From the NCBI GenBank assembly GCA_964452555.1, contig CAYVMI010000019.1, positions 6,288-70,287 of the forward strand: a stretch of DNA of 64,000 bases. Direction: 5' to 3'. Below, piece after piece: positions 44,058 through 53,834 of the stretch (positions within the stretch are counted from its first letter, which is position 1; every line of letters begins with the position of its first letter). Below the pieces are notes generated by a model. The model saw only the letters and a program-made list of their open reading frames with translations, had not been told where the DNA came from and ran no database searches. Made by a program: the position numbers and the translations under genes. This stretch comes from an uncultured Desulfobacterales bacterium. GTDB taxonomy: Bacteria > Desulfobacterota > Desulfobacteria > Desulfobacterales > B30-G6.

Positions 44058-47000
44058 CTATTCAAAAATAACGGATCGAATAAAGCAGTCTTCAACATCG
44101 TCCTCTGGATCATCGTCATCGTCACCTCCGCCGCCGCCACCGCCGCCAGTGTTCGTTACGACGGCCGCATGCACGCCGGAAAAATGGTATACCTTGAGCT
44201 GAATACCGGAGGCACTGTTCACTCGTGAGCCTGCCACCATCCATCCCGGCAGACCGGAACTCCCATCGGTGTCCGAAGCCAGAACCCACTCCCCATTGTA
44301 AATATAAATCTGTACGGTCGCGGCACTCACACCTTGGGTAGGAATAATCAGTTTTACCGGTGTACTGAATATGGCCGGCGGCTGCACATTGAGCAGATCA
44401 CCGAGTTCATTTACGTTGGCCGAGGGTAAAAAATCCGGAATGCCGTCTGTGGGCGCCAGGACCGGTATAATGGGTTCGGCGTCATTGTAGAGTACTTTGG
44501 CACCTTGCATAATCCCCGAATCAACCTGATACCCTGCATTGTAGGTATGGTCAGGATCGGTCAGATCCGGATCGGCAACATCCACGGTACTGTAATCGGG
44601 AATAGATGGATCCGTGGGCGCACTGTTGTGTTCTGCCTCGGTTTCAACACGGAAACGGTAATCCGCGGTGGCTATATGCCCATCGACATTGCTTACCGTG
44701 GCCGTAATTTCCACGGACGCGTCAAAGGGAAAGTCGCCATTGGTGTCCAAAGAACGGTCATATACAAACCAGAAAGCCGTCACAGCGGTGTCCGGATCGC
44801 TGGCATCCATCTTGATGATCCTCACAACGCTCGCGTCACCCAGATTGACCTCATAGGAAGTGTTGACCGTATCGTCCACTTCGAGAACCACACTGTTGTT
44901 GTCGGTTGTGTCGATACCGGCACTATTTGATATATAAACGCCAAAAGAAGCATTGCTGGGCACACGGAAGGCGTCATCGATGCCGGCCCGGTGATGGGGT
45001 ACGCTGTCCAGCAAATCAGGAGGTGACGGGAAGTCGGTGTCATCATCCGGATCGGTGTTGCTGATAAACTCCTCGTAGTTGGTATACCCATCCGAGTCAA
45101 AATCACCGGTTTTACCTTCGCCGGCAGATGTATTCGTGCTGGTGGCATCCAGTCCGTTTTCAGTCTCCCAGTCGTCCGGCAGATCGTCACCATCATTGTC
45201 ATTTATTTTCACCGTAGCAGGCTCCACATAATACCCGTCGGCGTCGGTGATGTCCTGAGTCAAGGTCAGGGTGTAGATGGTGTAGGCTGTCACGTCATCG
45301 TAGGACAGACGATAAGTACTGGTTTCACCAATGGAACTCTCCAGTTCGATGGAATTGCCAGGATTTGCAAAGTTCATGCTGGGCGTGATTAAATAATACG
45401 CTTCCCCTTCTGCATTCTGCATATTTAATTCGTCATAGGTAATCTCAATATAGTCAGCTGCGGCGTTTGCCACTGGATATTTGGTAGGATGCTGGGCATC
45501 AGGGTACACGATAATCGAGGGCGGATCCGCCTCGCCAGTGGTCGTCAGCCTTTCGATGGATGGGTTGACATCCGAGCCACTTGTTTCAAAGTTATTGCCA
45601 CTGGCGTCGGTGGAGCTTGCCCGCACATAATAAAGTGTGCTGGGCGACAGTCCGGTCAGCGTCACACTATGCTGCATTGTCAAGCCGCCGTCATTTTCAC
45701 TAAAAGGGTAATCCTGCCACACGGCACTGCCAGTCCCGTACCGGACCTGGCTGTTACCGGGTTCGTCCGTAATCCAGGTTACCAAAACGGTAGTGCCAGA
45801 TAAGGCCTGCACAGCCATATTGGAAATCTGGGGAGCACTCACATCGGGACCGTCGTCGGTGGTAAAATTAACTTCTGCTGAGGGCGTTGGTCCGTTCCCT
45901 TTGGCATCTGTCGAACCTACCATGAAATAATAGGGTGTGTCGGGCTGCAGGTTGGCTAAAGTCACGCTGTGGTTCAGAACCATATCAACATCGTTTTCGA
46001 AAATTGCGTAAGTGTTCCAGGTACCCGTAGACACATCGTAACGCACCTGGCTGTTGCCGGGTTCATCTGTGGTCCAGGTAATAAGGGCAGTGCTGTTGGT
46101 AACCCAGGCAACGGTCACATCTGTTATGACCGGAGCTGTGGTGTCCAAATCCACTGCCGTGGTAAAAGTGGATTCGCTGCTGGGGTTGGTGGCATCCTGG
46201 TTCAGTTCGGGGCCGTTTCCGGCGGCATCCGTTGAGCCCACGCGATAGTAATAAGCTGTAGAACCTGTCAAGCCGGTTAGCGTTACACTATGATGGGTTC
46301 TTAAAACAGCATCGTCCTCGCTGTCTGAATAGTTTGCCCAGGTGCTGACGGTTTCACCAAAACGAACGATACTGTTAGACGGTTCATCGGTTTGCCACTC
46401 GATGATGGCGGAGCCGGCATCCACGGCCGTTACGGATGGGCCTGCGATGATTCTCGGCGCTTCCTCATCTGCGGCCATGTCAGTAATGAAAGTTTCCTCG
46501 GCAAAGGGATTGTTGTTGTCAGTATCGGCGGGGTCAGGTCCATTACCGGCGGCATCCGTTGAGCCTACCATGAAATAAAAGGTGCATCCACCGGCATCAC
46601 AATCCTGAAACTGGCTCAAGCCGGTTATGGTAACACTATGGCTGGTCACCATATCACTGTCATTCTCGACATATCCATATGCAATCCAACCAAGAGATCC
46701 CTCATCATAGCGAACCTCACTGGTGCTGGGTTCATCCGTCTCCCATTCAATTGTGGCCGAATCGAGGGACTTATCAGTAACGGTGGGCGGAGTGGTAATC
46801 CGCGGCGCTTCCATATCCGGATCAGGATCTGTCCTGAAGGTGATTTCGGAAGATGAAGCAGGTCCATTGCCGGCGGCATCCGTACTGCCAACCCGTAAGT
46901 AATAGAGCGTATCGCCGCTTAGCCCCACCAGGGTAACTGTATGTGCCGTTACCAGCTCTCCATCGTTTTCGCTGAAATCGAAGCCGCCCCACTCTGCCGT

Positions 47001-49934
47001 ACTAGTACCGTATTGAACCTGGCTGTTACTTGGTTCATCCGTGAACCAGGCGATTACGGCGGAGTCATTGTCAACCGTCGTAACCGTGGGAGGGGCCGTA
47101 AATTGTGGTGGAATTACGTCCGGATCCGGATCGGTTGTGAAGCTGACCTCGGTGGAACTCGTGGGGCCATTACCGGATGCATCCGTTGAGCCGACTCTGA
47201 AGTAGTAGAGCGTATCGCCGTTGAGGTTGGTGAGGGTCACTGTGTGGTTGACTACCATATTGGCGTTGCTCTGGGCTTGCGTATAAGCGCCCCAGGCATT
47301 GCTGTCCGTGTCATACTGGACAACACTGTTGCTTTCTTCGTTGGTTGTCCACGCGATGGTGGCGGTTTCATTGGTTTTGATGGTCACCGTCGGGGGGCTG
47401 ATGATTTGCGGCGCCGTGGTATCGGGCGTTGCATTGGTGGTGAAGGAGAACTCTCCGGAGGTGGCCGGACCATTGTTGGCATTGTCCGTAGAACCGGCCC
47501 GGAAAAAGTACTCCGTATCGCCCGCAAGACCGGTCAAAGTGACGCTGTGGAAGGTCACCATGCCGGCGTCGTTTTCGCTATCCGGATAATCATTCCAGGC
47601 TTGACTACTGGTGCCGTATTTTACCTGGCTGTTGCTGGGCTCGTCCGTTTCCCAAACGATTATGGCCGAATTGTGGGTCTTGCCCGTGGCAGTGGGCGGA
47701 GATGTAAACTGCGGTTCGGTCACATCAGGATCCGGATCGGTGGTAAAACCTACCTCATTGGATGTTATGGGTCCGTTCTGTTCCACGTCCGTTGATCCCA
47801 CCCGGAGTGTATAAGTGGTGCTTCCTGTCAGGTTGGTAAGGGTAACACTGTGATCCGTCACCATGGCTCCGTCATTCGCACTGGAGTTGCCGGCACCATC
47901 CCATGTGAGGCTGCTTCCGGCAATGTACTGCACCAGGCTGTTGCTCGGTTCGTCCGTGGACCAGGTAATGGTGGCGGTGGCATTGCTGATGCCGGTAACA
48001 GTTGGCGGAACAGTGATGGTGGGCGGCGTCTGGTCTGCCAGGGTCGTGAAGTTCAATTCAGTATTGGTGGGGTTGTTGTCGCCCGTGAATGCCGGGTCCG
48101 GGCCATTGTTGAGCAGATCAGTAGAACCAACTCTGAAATAGTAGGTCTGCTGGTCGGTTAATCCGGTCAGAACCACGCTATGGTTGGTTACCATGGCGGG
48201 GTCGTTTCTATTGCCGGCATAGGTCGCCCACGTGCGGGAGGTTGTATCGTACCTTATTATACTGTTGGACGGTTCGTCCGTTGTCCAGGAGATTGTAGCT
48301 GTTGTGTCGGTGATACTTGTGACCGTGGGTGAAGAAATAATGGTCGGGGCGGTTGTGTCCGCCTGGGTTGTGAAGCTCAGAGCCGTATTGGTGGGATTGT
48401 TGTCTAGGCCGTAAGCCGGATCCGGGCCATTGTTGTAAGTATCGGTACTTCCGACTCGGAAATAATAGGTCTGGTTCTCAGTCAAGTTTGTAATCGTTAC
48501 ATTGTGAGAGGTAACCGATTCGGCCTTGTTTACCACTGTACTTAAATTGGCCCAGGTCTGAGATGAAGTATCGTAACGCACCTGGCTGTTGCTGTTCTCA
48601 TCTGTCTCCCATATAATTGTAGCGGTTGTATCCGTTACGCCGATGGCCGTGGGTGTGGTCGTAATTACCGGTGCCGTGGTATCTACTTCCGGTTCGGTTG
48701 TAAAGGTGTCATCCGGAGAATACCTGGGACCATTGCCGGCTTCGTCGGTTGAACCAACCCTGTAGTGGTAAAGCGTCTCTGGATCGAGCAGCGTTATCGT
48801 CACGCTATGATTAATGACATAGTCTTCCAGCGATCTCGAACGTGTGTAGGTCGTATCACCAAACTCGACAATGCTGTTAGCCGGTTCGTCGGTGGTCCAT
48901 TCAATTACCGCCGTGGTGTCGGTAATGGATGTCACCGTAGGCGCAGCGGTGATCACGGGCATGGTGGTATCGGCTGCCGGTTCGGTGGTAAAGGTAAAGT
49001 CGGCCGAACTCGTTGGACCGTTGTCGCTTGCATCCGTAGAGCTGACTCTGCAGTGATATGTGCTCTCGGGATCCAGTCCGGTTAATGTTACACTGTGAGA
49101 CACCACGTCCGTTCCATCGGTCTCGGTACTGCCATAGCTATCTGTCGGGCCGTAATCCACCACACTATCGGACAGCTCATCCGTAGTCCAGAATATAGTG
49201 GCTGTTGTGTCGGTGGCGTCGATGGCTGCCGGAACATTGGTGATCACGGGTGCGGTGGTGTCCGTCTGGCCGCCGGATAGTGTCGTGAAGGTAGCATCCA
49301 CTGATGGATTATAGTCCACTGCCGAGTTGTCCGGCCCGATCCCCTGTGAGTTGACGGAACTGACCCGGAAATGGTACTCGGTGGCAGGCGTCAGCCCGGA
49401 AATGGCGACCGTATGGCTGGTAAGATGATCCGTCGCGGGCGGCAATGGCGCCGTGCTGCCGTAACTCGCCGTGGTGCCGTATTCGACGATGCTCGTGCCG
49501 GGTTTATCCGTGGTCCAGGATATGGTCGCGTTCGTGTCCGTTAGCGAAACCAACGTTGGCGACGATGTGATCTGGGGTGCAGCCGTGTCCACTTCCAGTG
49601 AGTAATCGCTTTCAAAACCGTCAGCATTTACGGCCGTAACTGCAAAGAATAAGATCGGGACCGGATCGCTGAATGTTTTCTGGTAGGTATAGGTGTCTAA
49701 ACCGGGGCTGTGGGCAATCTGATCTGGGGTGCCGTCTCCATCCACCAGGTTGTCGAAAACACCCGGCGTTTCGCCCCAATACAAGCGGTAATGAACAATA
49801 TTTTCAATGGGATCATTGGCTTCCCATTGAAAGGTGTACGTCACAGCGAAACAGGGAATTGCCAATATGAAAAAGAAAGCCGCAAAAAAGACACCCGGCA
49901 ACAGACGATATATGAAAGGTCGTAATGATTTCAT
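44058..49934 (-). CDS. Giant secreted FN3-repeat protein (1958 aa)
   Basis: N-terminal signal-like segment, one FN3-like domain and 13 tandem repeats of about 100 aa. Also a D-x-D-x-DG Ca-binding-like region (DFDSDGYTNYEEF) and Ig-like C-terminal modules. The tail is GGGGGGGGDDDDDPEDDVEDCFIRSVIFE. Confidence 0.93.
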   Translation of the reverse strand: MKSLRPFIYRLLPGVFFAAFFFILAIPCFAVTYTFQWEANDPIENIVHYRLYWGETPGVFDNLVDGDGTPDQIAHSPGLDTYTYQKTFSDPVPILFFAVTAVNADGFESDYSLEVDTAAPQITSSPTLVSLTDTNATISWTTDKPGTSIVEYGTTASYGSTAPLPPATDHLTSHTVAISGLTPATEYHFRVSSVNSQGIGPDNSAVDYNPSVDATFTTLSGGQTDTTAPVITNVPAAIDATDTTATIFWTTDELSDSVVDYGPTDSYGSTETDGTDVVSHSVTLTGLDPESTYHCRVSSTDASDNGPTSSADFTFTTEPAADTTMPVITAAPTVTSITDTTAVIEWTTDEPANSIVEFGDTTYTRSRSLEDYVINHSVTITLLDPETLYHYRVGSTDEAGNGPRYSPDDTFTTEPEVDTTAPVITTTPTAIGVTDTTATIIWETDENSNSQVRYDTSSQTWANLSTVVNKAESVTSHNVTITNLTENQTYYFRVGSTDTYNNGPDPAYGLDNNPTNTALSFTTQADTTAPTIISSPTVTSITDTTATISWTTDEPSNSIIRYDTTSRTWATYAGNRNDPAMVTNHSVVLTGLTDQQTYYFRVGSTDLLNNGPDPAFTGDNNPTNTELNFTTLADQTPPTITVPPTVTGISNATATITWSTDEPSNSLVQYIAGSSLTWDGAGNSSANDGAMVTDHSVTLTNLTGSTTYTLRVGSTDVEQNGPITSNEVGFTTDPDPDVTEPQFTSPPTATGKTHNSAIIVWETDEPSNSQVKYGTSSQAWNDYPDSENDAGMVTFHSVTLTGLAGDTEYFFRAGSTDNANNGPATSGEFSFTTNATPDTTAPQIISPPTVTIKTNETATIAWTTNEESNSVVQYDTDSNAWGAYTQAQSNANMVVNHTVTLTNLNGDTLYYFRVGSTDASGNGPTSSTEVSFTTDPDPDVIPPQFTAPPTVTTVDNDSAVIAWFTDEPSNSQVQYGTSTAEWGGFDFSENDGELVTAHTVTLVGLSGDTLYYLRVGSTDAAGNGPASSSEITFRTDPDPDMEAPRITTPPTVTDKSLDSATIEWETDEPSTSEVRYDEGSLGWIAYGYVENDSDMVTSHSVTITGLSQFQDCDAGGCTFYFMVGSTDAAGNGPDPADTDNNNPFAEETFITDMAADEEAPRIIAGPSVTAVDAGSAIIEWQTDEPSNSIVRFGETVSTWANYSDSEDDAVLRTHHSVTLTGLTGSTAYYYRVGSTDAAGNGPELNQDATNPSSESTFTTAVDLDTTAPVITDVTVAWVTNSTALITWTTDEPGNSQVRYDVSTGTWNTYAIFENDVDMVLNHSVTLANLQPDTPYYFMVGSTDAKGNGPTPSAEVNFTTDDGPDVSAPQISNMAVQALSGTTVLVTWITDEPGNSQVRYGTGSAVWQDYPFSENDGGLTMQHSVTLTGLSPSTLYYVRASSTDASGNNFETSGSDVNPSIERLTTTGEADPPSIIVYPDAQHPTKYPVANAAADYIEITYDELNMQNAEGEAYYLITPSMNFANPGNSIELESSIGETSTYRLSYDDVTAYTIYTLTLTQDITDADGYYVEPATVKINDNDGDDLPDDWETENGLDATSTNTSAGEGKTGDFDSDGYTNYEEFISNTDPDDDTDFPSPPDLLDSVPHHRAGIDDAFRVPSNASFGVYISNSAGIDTTDNNSVVLEVDDTVNTSYEVNLGDASVVRIIKMDASDPDTAVTAFWFVYDRSLDTNGDFPFDASVEITATVSNVDGHIATADYRFRVETEAEHNSAPTDPSIPDYSTVDVADPDLTDPDHTYNAGYQVDSGIMQGAKVLYNDAEPIIPVLAPTDGIPDFLPSANVNELGDLLNVQPPAIFSTPVKLIIPTQGVSAATVQIYIYNGEWVLASDTDGSSGLPGWMVAGSRVNSASGIQLKVYHFSGVHAAVVTNTGGGGGGGGDDDDDPEDDVEDCFIRSVIFE
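45528..49589 (-). repeat. Coding tandem array of 13 FN3 / purple-acid-phosphatase-N-like units (96-116 aa each)
   Basis: Each unit matches D-T-T-A-P-x-I...T-x-T-x-A-x-I-x-W-x-T-D-E-P-S-N-S...H-S-V-T-L-T-G-L...Y-Y-F-R-V-G-S-T-D...G-N-G-P...F-T-T. I parsed residues 116-1469 by hand. Confidence 0.85.
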
Positions 49935-50134
49935 AATTCACATCCAAATTTTTGAATACCCTGCTGGGATTCGTCTGAGGAGTTGCCTGAGCCACGGGAA
50001 ACGTCCTCGTCAAATGGTCCAGGGTGGGTTCAACTTAATTGATAAAGATCATATTAACGAAATTGGCCGAACCTTAAAATTGTTTAATAGCGCATAATTA
50101 TTTTTAAGGCATGAAAACAAAGGCACATATAGGA

Positions 50135-50163
50135 ATTTTATGTCCTATACGCTTTGAAGTCAA
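50135..50163 (-). promoter_or_regulatory. Strong candidate sigma70-type promoter for the giant gene
   Basis: On the minus strand: TTGACT (50163-50158), 17 nt, TAAAAT (50140-50135). This implies a leader of roughly 195 nt. Confidence 0.6.
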
Positions 50164-50479
50164 GTATTTACACTCAAGATCCTTTTTTCAACTTTTCCGA
50201 GCCCATCAGATAGGATCAGCACGATTCATGCCAAAGGAACGAATTTGATATCCGGAAGGCTGGTGGAATGCGACCATGTGCCGCCTTTGATGCTCTGATA
50301 TTTGCATCCGGCGGTTCTCCTCCGATCAAACGATTTGTGCATGTATCTGCATGCTTCCGGGTACTTCCGGTTGTCGCCATAGACGGTATTGTTCTCCTTC
50401 GTCCTAGAAGGAGGCCCGATATTCGCCTTAAAACCGTTGCCTGGCCGGCGGTCGCGGTGCTGGTACTGAATGAAGGCTT

Positions 50480-51304
50480 TTATTCAGTTAGTCTGAAGTC
50501 GGATGGCGGACTGGGAGGTGGACTTCCCCCGTTGGAACCAAGGTCAGGATCTTCTTCGGAAAGCGTCCAATTGTCATAATATTGGTATCCGTCCTGAAGA
50601 CTGCTGTTGCGCGTATAGCTAGAGAGCAAATATTTTCCAAACCCGAATGAAGTATTTTCGCGAATATTCAGGTTTGTCTGATCGATTTTAAGCTCATCAT
50701 TGATCCACATTTTTATCACACCGTCCGCAAGGTTGGGTGTGTTGAGCCTGCAATATAGTTTTATTTTATCCCAACTTCCCGGGGTAATATATGCAGGTTG
50801 CCCGACATGTTGTCGAATACCGAAAAATCTCCATGAACCGATATATGAATACTGTACCCGGTATTCTGCCTGATCTGCATCGGAAAACTTCCGTGCCTGA
50901 ACCATAACTTGGTAACGTCTTGTACTAACAATGCCATCTGTAAGATTCAAAAGCATTACCTTAACATTGTCGCTCGGCCAGGTAACATAGTTGGCGGAAA
51001 ACTTGACATGGCCCGACCACCAAATCTCTTCTAACTTTGTCCCGCCAATTGAATAATAATCACCGATTTTGTGTTCTTGATAATTGTCATTCAACGTACC
51101 GGTAAGGTGCGTGGCCCGCGCATGATACGACCCCTGGAACGGGGTTCCCTCGGTGGTGATAACAAGACCGGTTTCTGCGCGTCGGCTTCCGTCCCAATCG
51201 CTCCAACTGGCATCCTCAAAATCCTCGAAAAGTATGGGTTCAGAGTATGCGCTCAGCGGTATCATTGCCAAAATTATTATGTATAACACGATTGATTTAT
51301 TCAT
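50480..51304 (-). CDS. Secreted concanavalin-A-like (lectin/glucanase-fold) protein, possible polysaccharide lyase
   Basis: Signal peptide MNKSIVLYIIILAMIPLSAYS from the ATG at 51304, preferred to 51433. Beta-rich sequence with a GVIKMWINDE motif resembling polysaccharide-lyase (heparin-lyase-I-like) families. Pro/Ser-rich tail. Confidence 0.6.
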   Translation of the reverse strand: MNKSIVLYIIILAMIPLSAYSEPILFEDFEDASWSDWDGSRRAETGLVITTEGTPFQGSYHARATHLTGTLNDNYQEHKIGDYYSIGGTKLEEIWWSGHVKFSANYVTWPSDNVKVMLLNLTDGIVSTRRYQVMVQARKFSDADQAEYRVQYSYIGSWRFFGIRQHVGQPAYITPGSWDKIKLYCRLNTPNLADGVIKMWINDELKIDQTNLNIRENTSFGFGKYLLSSYTRNSSLQDGYQYYDNWTLSEEDPDLGSNGGSPPPSPPSDFRLTE

Positions 51305-51605
51305 ATCTATTTCATTTCTTTTTAAAAAAGGTTTGATCGTCTTTTCGAACGCGTCGGCTTCTCCGGCGCAGGAAGGTTCGGTTCCGGAACAGGGAAATTC
51401 CCCGCTTTTTATGGCGCCTGCACGCGCTAACACCCTTGAATGACGGCCTTGATCCGTCCTCTAAATACCAAATGGGCAGCAACGACAGCCCCTATAAATA
51501 TCAAATGATTGCTTAAAGGGCAAGTCCGGGATGGTGAAACCCTATGCCGAAGCAGCGGGTAATATCACATCCGCAGGTCGTGACACCAATTATTAACTGA
51601 AATAT

Positions 51606-52556
51606 TTAACCGATTTTGTTGCCACGCAATAATTTGTACGCCAGTTGTCCAATGATTGAATATTTTAGTCTTCGTTTTGCTCTGAAGCGCATGAACCGCC
51701 ATCCCAGATTCAAGGAAGCCATTTTTTTCTGTCTTCCCGTCCAGTGGGTGCTTGTAGCTACTGGATCACGCACCTGCATGGTTTCTGAAAGCTCTAAATT
51801 GCGTTTCCATTCTGCATGGAATGGGCTTTCAGGAAGCCACGGCTGCAGGCAGTGAACAAAATGCAGGACAATGCCAACGGCCTTGTTGGGGTGAGTCATT
51901 TTGTAATGGTGAAGGTAGGTGTTGTAAATCAATGGCAAGCGGACCCACTTATCACAAAACATCAATCCCAGTACGGACTCATCTTCCTGCAGTATGAGTT
52001 TTTCATACTGCTGAAAGACGCGCTTCAATTCAGAAAAGGTTTCTTTTTTAATAATATCTGTATTGAAGGCATAAACACCCCCGTTGAACCCCGGACAATC
52101 AAGATTGTATTTACTGTTAAGTTTGTTGTATAAATGTTTAAATTCGCTGGAGGCCTCTTCCGTGACGGACTTAAATCTATTCCTGATCTTTGGCAGTCCA
52201 ACACCTCGGACGGCCCCAAATCCGTCAACATCGGCCAAATCATCAATTGAAGCCCGGACGATAATATCCGAATCAAGAAAAACGACGCTTTTCCAGTTTT
52301 TCATATTATCTTTGAACAGTTCTAACTTGGTCAGAAGAATTTTACGTTTATGCTCTAAATAATCGAAAAGCGGTGCGCACTTTTTAATTAATATGCCTCT
52401 TGCACGAAACCACGCTAACTTAGATTCAGGGATATCCAGTGAAAGCAGCATGTAGTCACCTTTCCAGCCGGCATTATAATGAACGCTGGCAAATAGTTGT
52501 TTGGCCTGTTCCACATATTTGTCGTCAGACAAGGTAACCACCACGCTTTTTTTCAA
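51606..52556 (-). CDS. Glycosyltransferase family 8-like protein
   Basis: VVFLDSDIIV DxD motif; GT-A-like N-terminus. TTG start with AAGGAG SD. Confidence 0.78.
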   Translation of the reverse strand: MKKSVVVTLSDDKYVEQAKQLFASVHYNAGWKGDYMLLSLDIPESKLAWFRARGILIKKCAPLFDYLEHKRKILLTKLELFKDNMKNWKSVVFLDSDIIVRASIDDLADVDGFGAVRGVGLPKIRNRFKSVTEEASSEFKHLYNKLNSKYNLDCPGFNGGVYAFNTDIIKKETFSELKRVFQQYEKLILQEDESVLGLMFCDKWVRLPLIYNTYLHHYKMTHPNKAVGIVLHFVHCLQPWLPESPFHAEWKRNLELSETMQVRDPVATSTHWTGRQKKMASLNLGWRFMRFRAKRRLKYSIIGQLAYKLLRGNKIG

Positions 52557-52652
52557 TCGCTCAATCTCCTTTTAGTCGATTCGAATTTGAAAGCACCTTC
52601 GCCGAAATTATTTGCGGCATGCTAGTTCAGGCAACATTCATAGATATGATCC

Positions 52653-53825
52653 TCACAGCCACTTTTTAATGACCTTTGCTATGGCAATAACATCACTGCT
52701 TTGCACAAATTCATGTAGGGGCAAGGTCAAAATTCTCTCTGATATAATTTTTGCATTTTTATACACGACGTTATCATCAAAATATCGGCTGGCACCTTCC
52801 AGTTCATTAAGCGGAACCGGATAACTGCCGGTTGCGCCCAAACCGCGCTGTTTGAGATCTTTTAAAACTCCGTCCCTAATTTTTTTCTCCTTAAAAATTA
52901 TTGGAAATCGCAACAAAGCCTTTTTATGGTCCAAATTGGGAATAAATTCGAATGCATCCCTGAGGTCTTCCAGAGAATTCAAATATAATTTTGCCAGCTT
53001 AATTTTTACATGGTTTAATTTATCCATTCTTTGGATTAACATATTGCCGAGAGCGATCACGCCTGGGCCGATTTTTTCCACTTTTACATCTAAAGCAAAA
53101 ATGGTCTCTCCGATATGCAACCATGGCAGCGAATTGGGGATCCAATACATTCGCGGACGGAAAAATATTGAATATAAGATAAGTTTGACTAAGTACTCTG
53201 TTTTAAATTGGACAGGATTTGGCGATAAGACTTTCTGCATATGCTGACGCACGTATTGATTTAAGCGGTCATTAGTGACAATGACCGCTCCGCCACTTAA
53301 TAAACTCATCGGCTTTCCGCGCCCGAAACTGAGTACGATCAGGTCACCCCTGCCGGCACCGTTTTTAACGGGTCCGAGATTTCCCTGAGCCGCATCCTCA
53401 ATTACGTAAATTCCATGTTGAATTGCAATGGCCTTTATCGCCTTTACATTCTCATGCATCCCGAACAAATGGACAGCCATGACCGCGGCCGTATCCGGGT
53501 TGATTTTTTGCACCAATTGATCCAGATCAAGTTGAAAGCTGTATGGTTTTAGATCGCAAAGCACCGGCTTAAGCCCGGCTTTCAAAATAGCAGCGACCAA
53601 TGAAGGGCAGGAATAAGCAGGCAGTATCACTTCATTTTTTTTTGATGCCTCCTTGAGGCATTGAGCAGAAATGGCCAAGGCGGCACTCCCGGATGAGACC
53701 GGAAAATACGGATGGCGGCCAAACCAGTTGCTTAGAAAGCTTGATTGCGGCGCGCTTTGTCTAAAGATCCGTAGAAAATCACGCACCAGTATTGAGTTGC
53801 CTGCAGGTGGCAGCGAGCGTAGCAT
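52653..53825 (-). CDS. DegT/DnrJ/EryC1/StrS family sugar aminotransferase
   Basis: Family-like sequence with SFGRGKPMS PLP-Lys context. Confidence 0.88.
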   Translation of the reverse strand: MLRSLPPAGNSILVRDFLRIFRQSAPQSSFLSNWFGRHPYFPVSSGSAALAISAQCLKEASKKNEVILPAYSCPSLVAAILKAGLKPVLCDLKPYSFQLDLDQLVQKINPDTAAVMAVHLFGMHENVKAIKAIAIQHGIYVIEDAAQGNLGPVKNGAGRGDLIVLSFGRGKPMSLLSGGAVIVTNDRLNQYVRQHMQKVLSPNPVQFKTEYLVKLILYSIFFRPRMYWIPNSLPWLHIGETIFALDVKVEKIGPGVIALGNMLIQRMDKLNHVKIKLAKLYLNSLEDLRDAFEFIPNLDHKKALLRFPIIFKEKKIRDGVLKDLKQRGLGATGSYPVPLNELEGASRYFDDNVVYKNAKIISERILTLPLHEFVQSSDVIAIAKVIKKWL

Positions 53826-53834
53826 TTTAGATAG

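Noticed and set aside
44100-44150. Poly-Gly/poly-Asp coding tract as a slipped-strand phase-variation site
   Set aside because: Codons are mixed (GGC/GGT/GGA; GAT/GAC), so perfect nucleotide repeats are only 3-4 units long. Slippage in units of 3 would not switch the frame.
44505-49280. Many plus-strand ORFs (up to 183 aa, e.g. 47244-47795) inside the giant gene region
   Set aside because: All are antisense to the 1958-aa repeat protein. Their periodic, Gly/Arg/Val-rich products mirror the repeat structure of the sense gene and are shadow frames.
50207-50479. GC-richer patch downstream of the lyase-like gene, open in several frames. It includes a 54-codon ORF (50380-50216) in the same frame as the lyase-like gene after its TAA, and a 103-aa plus-strand ORF (50268-50579).
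   Set aside because: No frame has a convincing start, SD or motif. Multiple open frames are expected in a GC-rich patch. It may be a gene remnant, but I cannot support a pseudogene call without a database search (tblastx would decide).
5917-51433. Longer N-terminal extensions offered by the ORF track (5917, 11977, 13202, 24575, 32052, 51433)
   Set aside because: In each case an internal ATG is preceded by a good SD or starts a signal peptide or conserved N-terminus. The upstream extension begins at a TTG or lacks an SD.
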